From NCBI RefSeq assembly GCF_006345805.1, contig NW_021831961.1, forward strand, positions 1-34,012: DNA of 34,012 bases. Direction: 5' to 3'. Made by a program: the position numbers and the translations under genes. Positions 23,950-34,012 of the stretch are shown in pieces (position 1 is the first letter of the stretch; every line of letters starts with the position of its first letter). This DNA comes from Octopus sinensis (Eukaryota). The notes beneath the pieces were generated by a model. It was given only the letters and a program-made list of their open reading frames with translations. It was not told the DNA's origin and did no database searches.

Positions 23950-25246
23950 CATATATATATATAATATAATATATATATATAATATCTATATAGTTATATA
24001 TATATATTATATATATATATATATATAATATATATATATATAATATTAAAGGGAAAAAATTCAAACCGTCTGGAATATATTTTCCGATAGTAAAACAGCC
24101 CCTTCTAAAAGAAAATGGAAATAACACTGCATGCGTGAGAGCCGTTGTCACCGGTGTTGTTTAACCACAAGACAGAGCAGTTTTATACTTCAAACATATT
24201 GTTTTGCTCCATGGAAAATAATAATATCAATCTCACAATGTATTTATTATTAAATTTTTTTTCAGTGAATTTTCAACGTGCTATTTAATACCGATGTTGC
24301 ATGGTATTCCTATAGTGGTTTTTGCTTACAGCATACAACTAAATGCCCTTGTTTTATGTATGTGCAGCTCAGTAATATTTTAACCAGAGGTTGGCACTTG
24401 CTTGCGCGATTTCAAGGATTTTCTAATTTTCTCGTTCTGCTATTTTGCTGGGGGTCACTTCATTTCTTGATATTAGTTTGCATTGTTGGACCCAAATACA
24501 TGTTTTTTTTCCCTTTTTCTTTTTCCTCTTTTTTTTTTGTTCCTCTTTTCCCTTTCTCAGATTACTTTTTCGACAGTACCGACCGCAGTGTATATATGAA
24601 TTCATGTACACACACACAGACATGCGTTCACAAACACACATACATACATGTACACAAAGATATATATGTCTAAATATACATATACATTTATATACAAATG
24701 TATACAACACACTTATCTCTCTCTCTCTCTCTCCCTCTCTCTATATATATTATATATATATATATATAGTATATATAGATATATATATATTATATATATA
24801 TATATATATGCTGTAAACATATATACATACAAATATATATATATATATATATGGATATATAATATATATTTATATTAAATATACATACATAATACATATA
24901 TTACATATATGTTTATATACAAATGTATGTATATAGATTGATAGATATGTATTTACATACATATACATAATACAGGCAATTATACATACATACACACATA
25001 CATACATACACACACACACATATATACATATATACATATATATATATATATTATATATATATATATATATACAGAAATTTATATACGCTCACACACGCAT
25101 ATACATATATGTGTGTGTATTTGTGTGTGTTGTGTTACAACTGACTGAATTCTGCCCAACCCACTGGTTTCGCATTCATTCTCCATTTCTAGTTCTTCTG
25201 TTTCAATGTCTCGTTGTCCTTCATCTTCCTTTCTTTGACATTTATA

Positions 25247-25247
<1 letters not shown>

Positions 25248-25321
<74 letters not shown>

Positions 25322-25324
25322 TAT
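25248..25324. repeat. (TTA)n microsatellite
   Basis: Direct reading. Confidence 0.95.
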
Positions 25325-25924
25325 TTGGCGGCTGTTTTTAGTTTATTCTCGTTAGTTTTTTTTTTTCCTTCTCTCTTCGCGACATGATTAATTCAAGCGT
25401 TACCAAATGAAATTTTCCTTGGAGAACTTGTGAAAAAGAACCATAATTATTCAAGAAAATCCTGCTCTCAATACCCGTGGGTAGATAACAACAAGAAAAA
25501 AATTTGTTTAACGAAGTTGAAAAATTTTTATTAACATAACACACTCATCCAAAATGGTTTCCATACATACTTATGCTAAACACTGAACGCTGCAAAAGAA
25601 AAATATGTTTAAAATAAAACCCAACGGTTCGATATGACTCCACAATTCTCGGACACTTCAAGAGTGTATGCTGTACCGTTTCGACGCTTTTTGTATAACT
25701 CGGAAAGTCTCATCTCGAGGTTCTTAATGCCTGGAAAGTTAACTTAAACGGCTGTATACCTTGACAGCAGTGCTTGCTCAAGGATTTTTGGAAATTTCCC
25801 ATAGTAGTGTTAGGCCCCAAATTATGAGGCAGTTCGTCGTCGAAGTCGCATAGTTTACTCAGGAATGTCGTCGTTGTTACCCATCACTTGATCTTTATAT
25901 AATGGTTCCAAATTCGTTTGAAAT

Positions 25925-26104
25925 TTAGGCTAACGCCCAGCAAGTTCGGGAGAGAGGGCAAGTCTATTACATTAACACAATTTCTCAACTGGTAATGATT
26001 TTATCGACCCCGAAAGGATGAAAGGCAAAGTCGACCTCGGTAGTATTTGAAGTCAGAACGTAACGAAATGCCGCTAAATATTTTGCAGGGCGTGTTAACA
26101 ATTC
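25925..26104 (-). mobile_element. SINE group B, tail type 1
   Basis: Shared central block at about 25990-26060; abuts the next copy. Confidence 0.82.
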
Positions 26105-26105
26105 T

Positions 26106-26318
26106 TATTTCTTTATTGCTCACAAGGGGCTAAACATAGAGGGGACAAACAAGGGCAGACAAAGGGTTTAAGTCGATTACATCGACCCAAGTGCGTAACT
26201 GGTACTAAATTTATCGACCCCGAAAGGATGAAAGGCAAAGTCGACTTCGGCGGAATTTGAACTCAGAACGTAACGGCAGGCGAAATACCGGTAACGTTTC
26301 TGCCAACTCGCTGCCTTA
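26106..26318 (-). mobile_element. SINE group B, tail type 2
   Basis: TTTCTTTATTGC.CACAAGGGGCTAAACATAGAGGGGACAAAC tail shared with 32047. Confidence 0.88.
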
Positions 26319-26719
26319 CTTGATATTTATTAATATATATTGCTAACGTGGAATTGTCACCGACCGCACTGATCGACTGACGGTAGGTGGTCTATGACTA
26401 ACCCAGTTCATTGATGTCAGTACAAGTACCAGTGAAGATTTTAAATATTGTAAACTTTTGAGGCATTTTTCGTATCTCGAACGGGTCTGGTTACTTGTGT
26501 CTCCAACGTGGGTCAGGCTTATAGCGTTTTAACCAGAAACATTTTGACAATTGTTGCCTTGTCCCAGTATATAATTCGAAACTTGGCGTTCAACCAGTGT
26601 CATTGCTGAAAAATTTATATGAGCGCTCACGATCAACCTTAATAATGTTACGAAAGTAACTGCAAGTCATGGATCAACGTTGTCAACGATGTCTTTTACA
26701 GTAACTTTCGTATTTGTTT

Positions 26720-26806
26720 GTCCTAAACACTGTGGAAACGGTCCTAAACACTGTGGAAACGGTCCTAAACACTGTGGAAACGGTCCTAAACACTGTGGAA
26801 ACGGTC
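26720..26806. repeat. Perfect 21-bp minisatellite, 4 copies
   Basis: GTCCTAAACACTGTGGAAACG at 26720, 26741, 26762 and 26783. Confidence 0.97.
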
Positions 26807-27543
26807 TATAGATACTTGTTTCATGCATTGACAGGGATGCAGTGAGCGAGCTCTTAGAAAGATTCTAGATACCAAACATTACGTAGTTTGTGATTGGTCC
26901 AGAAATGAAGCCATAATGAAAGAGATGAATTATAAGAAGTCTTGTCTTACAAATAACAACTGCATCTTCTCGACGTTGTCGAATAAGCCTCTGTGCAAAC
27001 ACTGCATTCTCAGCGCATATCTATGTATCGTCAGCCCTGGCATCTTGATACCACTGTTTTTTCAGCGGGGTTAGCAACAGAGAGATCTTTTAGCAAAAGA
27101 GCACACGTGCCAATCTGGTGAGGTATCTCTTGGATTAATACATAGTTACAATAACCACCATAATGTAAACATTAGTCACTTTCGCCTGGTTGCTCGTTTT
27201 CAACTCATTCTCCAATTAAGTCTGAATGAAATTCTCTACTCTACTCACAGAATCTTCTCGGATATATATTATGTTTGCGATTGGAACAGAAGGTAGTAAT
27301 GACTTTCAGTTTTGACACAACGCAGCAATTTCGATGCAGGCACAATCGATTTAATTGTCCTCAAGACCTGACAGCAAATTAATTCTAATGGTTCAGGATT
27401 GATGAAAAATAAAGTTGACACCGGCAAAATCTGAACTAAAAAAAATTAAAACCTTGTAAAGAAATAACGTTAGCATTTAATTTTTTTTTTTCCCCACCAG
27501 ACTTGCGATTTTGCCATTCCGCTGGCTTCTGCTAGGAAGAAGA

Positions 27544-27673
<130 letters not shown>

Positions 27674-27813
27674 AAAGCATGAAAGAAGAGGAGAGACAAA
27701 GAAGAAAGAGAAGACGAGAAAGAAATTATTTTTACATGGAAATGTTGTGATATATATATACACACACAAATATGTATATACACAGATATACATACATATT
27801 TATGTGTGTGTGT

Positions 27814-27851
<38 letters not shown>

Positions 27852-28183
27852 GTATACACACACACATACGCAATTTTACCTCGTACTACACCACCACTAC
27901 CACCACTACAACAGCAACAGTAGAAACAAACAAATGTATGTTGCGTTTTTTTTTCATACAGGAAACTAGAAACTGTGATATAATTGTTTCGTGTAAGCCG
28001 AACGTGATCAAGGCACTGAGTTGGTCCCTAAGGGACCACATGGAAAGCAACAAGAGCGAAATGCCGTGTGAAACAAGCACATGTTTTTGGGGGCCAAGAT
28101 TTCAGCTGTTGTCTTTACAGCTTCGTCTTTCAACATAAATAAACAGACAAACAACAAAACAATGATACAACAACAACGACAAC

Positions 28184-28214
<31 letters not shown>

Positions 28215-28360
28215 TTCACAACATAACAACAGCGACAACAAATATTCAAAGGGATCGCTTTTGTTTATTTCATTGTTTCCATTTTTAAGACTTTACTCTT
28301 TTTTGCTGGTATATGCATAAGCATATACCCGTATGTGTAGATAGGTACACTGTTCTCTGC

Positions 28361-28414
<54 letters not shown>

Positions 28415-28501
28415 GTGTGCATGTGTATATCGTTTGTGTATGTGTGTGTATGTTTGTGTATGCATGAAAATATGTATAAGTATATATATATACATATATA
28501 A

Positions 28502-28708
28502 TGTGACCTCGTGTGTACCGTTGGCAATTTTTTTTTTCTCTGTATTCCCTTCTCTGGATCTTTCCTTCTCCTATGTTTCCGACGAAGAGCTCCACTCGAA
28601 ACCTTAAACCCTCCTTCTTTCCTTCTTTCCTGAGCGTCCAATAATACTATATTTGTTCCACGTCCTCGCGTTGTTGTGTTTTTTGTGCTTTCTTGTTTGG
28701 ATTAACTT

Positions 28709-28710
<2 letters not shown>
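28502..28710 (+). mobile_element. Family P1 copy with degenerate hammerhead-like motif
   Basis: CCGACGA at 28579-28585; stem II has a G>A change and helix III a G>C change relative to the 17639 copy. Confidence 0.7.
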
Positions 28711-28739
<29 letters not shown>

Positions 28740-28744
28740 TTGAT

Positions 28745-28900
28745 CTTTTAATCTTTTACTTGTTTCAGTCATTTGACTGCGGTCATGCTGGAGCACCTCC
28801 TTGAAAGGTTTTTAATAAAACAAAGTAACCCCCAGGACATATATTTTTCTGAAGCCTAGTACTTATTCTATCTAACCTTTTTGCCGAACCGCTAAGTTAC
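28745..28900 (-). mobile_element. SINE group A 3' fragment (variant tail)
   Basis: TTTTACTTGTTTCAGTCATTTGACTGCGG..GCCGAACCGCTAAGTTACG. Confidence 0.85.
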
Positions 28901-29235
28901 GTCGTATATATGTATGTGTGTGTATATGTTCCTGTGTCTCTAGTTTTATAAAGAATACGTGGAAGAATTTTTTGCAGGAAAACGAAAATGACGTTCCACA
29001 TAATAATGTCTAAATACAGACATCAATTTCATGCATACTTACGTGTAACCAGAATTCTCAAGAACAATGGGTTTCTTATCATCTTTATTTAATAAATTCT
29101 AAAGTTTTTTTTAGCCACTGTCTTAATTATCAATGACTCACCACCCTTAATTGATATACTAGAATGTAAAAGGTTAGTTTCATGACTCAGTACTTTTCCC
29201 CATAATTCTTTCTGTATATGGTATTTGAAATAACG

Positions 29236-29648
29236 ACTCTTTTACTCTTTTACTTGTTTCAGTCATTTGACTGCGGCCATGCTGTAGCACCGCCTTTAGT
29301 CGAGCAAATCAACCCCAGCCCTTATTCTTTGTAAGCCTAGTACTTATTGTATCGGTCTCCTTTGCCGAACCGCTAAGTTACGGGGACGTAAACACACCAG
29401 TATCGTTTATCAAGCGATGTTGGGGGAACAAACACAGACACACAAACATATACACATACATACATATATATTTACATATATACGACGGGCTTCTTTCAGT
29501 TTCCATCTACCAAATCCATTTACGGGGATTTGATCGGCCCGAGGCTATAATAGAAGACCCTTGCCCAAGGTGCCACGCAGTGGGACTGAAGCCGGAACCA
29601 TGTGGTTGGTAAGCAAGCTACTTACCACACAGCCACTCCTACGACTAT
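29236..29648 (-). mobile_element. SINE group A, full length
   Basis: Aligns end to end with 751-1171. Confidence 0.93.
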
Positions 29649-30054
29649 TAACAACTTAAATATTCGCTGGTCCACATTGAACTTCCTCAAAGTTTATTCT
29701 GCTTCAGCAAGTTGCTGCAGCATCTGCAATTACGAGGAGTAAGTTTATCCTTCCCAAAACAAAACATATTTTAAATAGAAAAAAAAATGCAGAATTGATA
29801 CTTTGAATGTCGCCCCCCCCCCCCGTTCAAGCCCAGTTGCTAGTTACTCATGATAATTCCATTTAAAGGGGATCAGACGAAGGTTAGCCAACGAAATTCA
29901 AATTGACGGTGAAATCAGGAGTTATAGTAGAAACATTTTCGTTTATTACTCAGTGATCAAACGAACATTTATGCAATAACAGCCGAGTCAGGCAAAAAAG
30001 AGAACAGCGTCTCTAAAATTACGTAACAAGCAATAATTCAAGCAGAGCGAATGG

Positions 30055-31074
30055 GTGGATTCTCTATGTGTTTAAATATACGCTATATCGTATGACTGTG
30101 GAGGCGCAATGGCCCAGTGGTTAGGGCAGCGGACTCGCGGTCATAGGATCGCGGTTTCGATTCCCAGACCGGGCGTTGTGAGTGTTTATTGAGCGAAAAC
30201 GCCTAAAGCTCCACGAAGCTCCGGCAGGGGATGGTAGTGATCCCTGCTGTACTCTTTCACCACAACATTCTCTTACTTCCTGTTTCTGTTGTACCTGTAT
30301 TTCAAAGGGCCGGCCTTGTCACTCTCTGTGTCACGCTGAATATCCCCAAGATACTACGTTAATGGTACACGTGTCTGTGGAGTGCTTAGCCACTTACACG
30401 TTAATTTCACCGGAACCCTCGTCGTCGTAACCGACGGAGTGCTTCCATATCGTATGACTAATATATAGTCTTTTTGACTAAAATTTTTTTTACGCGTTAG
30501 ACCACTGGAAATGTAAATTTTAATTGAATGTTTTCAATTTTAATTAAATTCCATTTCCCTTTGATATGATCAAATACTGTAGGTTTTTGGATAATTTTCG
30601 GTTAGAAGTTGGGGTTTTTTTATTGTAGCCAACGAAGGACTGCGTCTGCGCAGTAAATTTGAGAAGTTAGTTCGTATGAACACAAGATAAGTAGCCTTGT
30701 TTATCCCGTGTGGATATGTTTAACACTAGGTTGGACCTGCTGAAGAAAATCAAACCTTGTAAGTTATCCATGACTCGCTAAAAGAAGATTGGAAACCAAT
30801 TGGTCCAGGAAACTAGATGGTAAATGTTTTTTATTTCCAAATTTATTCCTGTCGAATTTTATCCCGATTTTTTTTTGTGGTTATAGAACTTAGCTGTTCT
30901 TTCTAGCGCGTAGAATCCTTATAAGTGGATTCTCTGTGTTTAAATATACACTATATCGTATGACTAATATATAGTCGTTTTGACTAAAAATATTTACGCG
31001 TTAGACTACTGGAAATGTAAATTTTAATTGAATGTTTTTAATTTTAATTAAATTCCATTTCCCTTTGATATGAT
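30055..31074. repeat. ~150-bp local duplication (30055-30570, interrupted by a SINE; 30925-31074, uninterrupted)
   Basis: The copies differ at fewer than ten positions once the SINE and one TSD are removed. Confidence 0.93.
30098..30446 (+). mobile_element. tRNA(Arg)-like SINE, group C head with tail Y
   Basis: A-box TGGCCCAGTGG 30110-30120, B-box GGTTTCGATTCC 30153-30164; perfect 13-bp TSD ATATCGTATGACT (30085-30097 / 30447-30459). Confidence 0.95.
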
Positions 31075-31084
31075 TATATATATA

Positions 31085-31138
<54 letters not shown>

Positions 31139-31140
31139 TA

Positions 31141-31357
31141 CGAGGGGATGCTGAAGAATTCCTGGCCTTAAGGTTATCGCGAAGAGCCTGCTTGGAGGCC
31201 CAGCCTTCCGAGTTCTTTTAGAGGGCTTAGAAAACCTGGCGGACTGTTGCGATATGTGCGTGAATCTGAGAGGGGAATATGTTGAATAAGATCATAATTA
31301 ACTGATCCTCCTGTATTTTCTTTTTCCCAAAGCCAGGAACCTTTCACCACGCCCTCG
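31141..31357 (+). mobile_element. Mariner-derived MITE (217 bp) retaining the transposase C-terminus
   Basis: TIRs CGAGGGGATGCTGAAGAATTCCTGGC / CGAGGGCGTGGTGAAAGGTTCCTGGC. 31221-31289 reads EGLENLADCCDMCVNLRGEYVE*. Confidence 0.85.
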
Positions 31358-31380
31358 AATATATAGACAACGAGCCTCCA

Positions 31381-31525
31381 CAGTTTCTGCTTATGGAATT
31401 CACTCACTAGACATTCGGCAGTCCGAAGCGGTAGCAGAACACCAAATGCCCAAATTACTGCGCAGTGGCATTGGACCTGAAACAAGTGGTTGCAATGCGA
31501 GCTTCTTAAACTCGTAGCCATATGC
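31381..31525 (-). mobile_element. SINE group A-like, degraded
   Basis: CAGTTTC..CACTCAC..GCAGAA..TGCCC..GCGCAGTGG..GTGGTTGCAA.GCGAGCTTCTTAA..AGCCAT. Confidence 0.6.
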
Positions 31526-31906
31526 ACAAAGCTCCAGATACTAGAAATGGGACCCTGACAATTAATTTGCTAGAAACTATCAAAGATCGAGCGAATGGAA
31601 AATAATGATCAGTTTCAGCTCTGAAGATGCAGTTGGAATCCTATTTCAGTTTAAATCTACTTCGAGGTTATTGAAATGTTTTCCAAAGCAAACAACTAAT
31701 GACGATCGGTAATCGGATATCGAATATCAAAACGATCAGAACTTAATGTTGATATAAATATCGATTAATTATACAATTTTAAAGAATAAAAATTAATTGC
31801 TAGCGACAGAAGCAGTGTTAGTTCTAAAGGTAATCTTTATAACCGACTTGACATAGATGTCTTCATAGAACGACGAATACTGCGATTTTACCCTTGAGAG
31901 ATCTGC

Positions 31907-32609
31907 TCATATAGGGACTAGGTGCATAAAAGCATGCACATAGATCGTAGCAGATGCGAAGCGTTTGTCATGGCCGTCGGAATTCTCATATCAAGTGATT
32001 TCATTCAACTGGAAATCATAATTAGGAAGCCCTGTTATCGCATACCTATTTCTTTACTACCCACAAAGGGGCTAAACGTAGAGCGGACAAACAAGGACAG
32101 ACAAAGGGATTAAGTCGACTACATCGACCCCAGTGCGCAACTGGTACTTAATTTATCGACCCCTAAAGGATGAAAGGCAAAGTCGACCTCGGCGGAATTT
32201 GAACTCGGAACGTAATGGCAGACGAAATACCTCTAAGCATTTCGCCCGGCATGCTAACGTTTCTGCCAGCTCACCGCCTTCCTGTTATCGCATACCAGTC
32301 AAATCTCGCTGCTATGATTTATTTATACGATATCAGCATTTTTTCAGACACTCACGTCGCAAGTAGTCAGCAGGCTTATTAAAAATTAATTATTTGCGAT
32401 AGAAAAAGTATTAATAACAAATTGTGATATTTATATCCAAATTAACATAGATGTTTTGACAGAACACTGAATACAGCGTTATCAATCATATAGGGACTTG
32501 GTGCATAAAAGCTTACACATAGATCGTAGCAGACGAGAATCGTTTGACATGGCCGCCAGAATTCCCATATCAAATGATTTCATTCTACTGCAAATCCTCA
32601 TTGGGAAGC
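31907..32609. repeat. ~124-bp direct repeats (31907-32030 and 32486-32609)
   Basis: TCATATAGGGACT.GGTGCATAAAAGC..CACATAGATCGTAGCAGA..GGAAGC occurs twice, offset 579 bp. Confidence 0.9.
32047..32280 (-). mobile_element. SINE group B, tail type 2, full length
   Basis: Perfect 16-bp TSD CCTGTTATCGCATACC (32031-32046 / 32281-32296). Confidence 0.95.
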
Positions 32610-32620
32610 ATACTCCTTGC

Positions 32621-32949
32621 GCAAGTGTCTTCTACTATAGCCTCGGGCCGACCAAAGCCTTGTGAGTGGATTTGGTAGACGGAAACTGAAAGAAGCCCGT
32701 CGTATATATGTATATGTATATATATGTATGTGTGTGTATATGTTTGTGTGTCCGTGTTTGTCCCCCCGATATCGGTTAGGGTGTATTTACGTCCCCGTTA
32801 CTTAGCGGTTCGGCAACACAGACCGATAGAATATGTACTAGGCTTACAAAGAATAAGTCTTGGGGTCATTTTGCTCGACTAAAGGCGGTGCTTCAGAATG
32901 GCCGCAGTCAAATGACTGAAACAAGTAAAAGAAAAAAGAGTAAGGAGTA
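32621..32949 (+). mobile_element. SINE group A, 5'-truncated
   Basis: Starts at GCAAGTGTCTTCTACTATAG and runs to the tail. Confidence 0.9.
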
Positions 32950-33027
32950 TATATATGTACATACATACACGTATACATAAAGACATACACACGTATATAT
33001 ATACACACACACACACATATATATATA

Positions 33028-33068
<41 letters not shown>

Positions 33069-33426
33069 TACATGTGTTTGCGTATGTATGAATGTATGTA
33101 AGTAGTAGGTGTGTGTATAAGTATACCTGTGTGTGTGTGTGTGTGTGCGTGTGCGTTACGATTTCGCTCAGGTATAGTGATAATAAAAATGTTGTTAGAA
33201 CTCAATATACATATGCTTCAAAATAACATGAAATTAAATCAATGGAATTATGTAACTCCACAGCTCTTTCTGCTATAAGAAGTAGTTCCCTCAGAGCTGA
33301 GTTCCTGTTCATCATCTTACGGCTTCATCAGAGCTGTAATTGTAATACTTCACATAGTAGAAACAGCCGTAAGCTATTGAAGTTCACAATGAAAAACCTA
33401 CACCCTTGTCATTCAAGTATATACAT

Positions 33427-33737
33427 TTTTTTATGCGCCCTTTTCAAGCCTAGCCAGGCTCATGGGCCCGGTTTCCCGGTTTCTTTGGCGTATGTGTTCC
33501 CCCCAGCTGGACGGGACGCCAGAAATCGCAGCGTTACTCAAGAAACAGGAAGAGAGAGTGAGAGAAAGTTGTGGCGAAAGAGTACAACAGGGGAAGCCAC
33601 CATCTCCTTTCCGGAGTCTCGTGGAGCTTTAGGTGTTTTTGCTCAATAAACACACACAACGCCCGGTCTGGGAACCGAAACCGCGATCCTCCGACCACGA
33701 GTCCGCTGCCCTAACCACTGGGCCACTGCGCCTCAAC
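33427..33737 (-). mobile_element. SINE group C, V-domain-like tail X, full length
   Basis: 13-bp TSD CAAGTATATACAT / CAAGTACATACAT (33414-33426 / 33738-33750; 12/13 match). Head matches 30098 and tail matches 20068. Confidence 0.93.
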
Positions 33738-34012
33738 CAAGTACATACATACATTACATAATGAATTGGCAATCTGATGACTATAATAGTGGAACCTCAT
33801 TTATGAATGCATATCCGTGTGCGTGTATGCGTGTGTGTCTATGTGTGTTTGTGTGTGAGTGTGTGTATGTATGTGGGTGAGATTTTCGGTTCATATTTGT
33901 ATGTTTGTATATATCGTGCGGGAATATGTCGTCCGTCTGTTTTGACAAATGAGCTTCTAGTTATATAATCAACAGATTATCTATTCATTATGTTACAGTA
34001 TAAGCATCTTAT

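Noticed and set aside
26720-26806. CRISPR array
   Set aside because: Contiguous repeats without spacers, no cas genes, eukaryotic context.
28022-28038. 7-bp stem hairpin TGGTCCC-TAA-GGGACCA
   Set aside because: Short enough to occur by chance in 34 kb; no supporting context.
30098-30175. tRNA gene
   Set aside because: A and B boxes are present, but there is no proper cloverleaf; it continues into a SINE body and is bounded by TSDs.
31174-31527. 117-aa ORF
   Set aside because: Spans a degraded SINE and the antisense strand of the mariner MITE.
33242-33649. 135-aa ORF
   Set aside because: Its second half is the antisense strand of the group C SINE; chance read-through.

Overview
AT-rich, microsatellite-dense eukaryotic non-coding DNA (intergenic or large intron). 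The repeat content points to an octopod cephalopod; this is an inference from the SINE families, not verified by search. I cannot support any intact protein-coding gene, and most ORF-track entries are translations of (TA)n/(CA)n/(TATG)n repeats or of SINEs. Supported content: (i) about 20 tRNA-derived SINE copies in three groups, which share and swap head, central and tail modules, four with clean 11-16 bp TSDs; (ii) a ~1.1-kb mariner fossil with both TIRs and a decayed transposase; (iii) two Tc1/mariner MITEs; (iv) a complete non-autonomous Helitron plus a second 3' end; (v) a 5'-truncated but frame-intact RTE LINE whose stop codon starts its (TGA)5 tail; (vi) two dispersed families resembling Penelope-like LTRs, one carrying a minimal type I hammerhead ribozyme motif; (vii) local duplications, one preserving the empty site of a SINE insertion. 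The hammerhead-bearing repeat and the module-swapping SINE system are the best leads.
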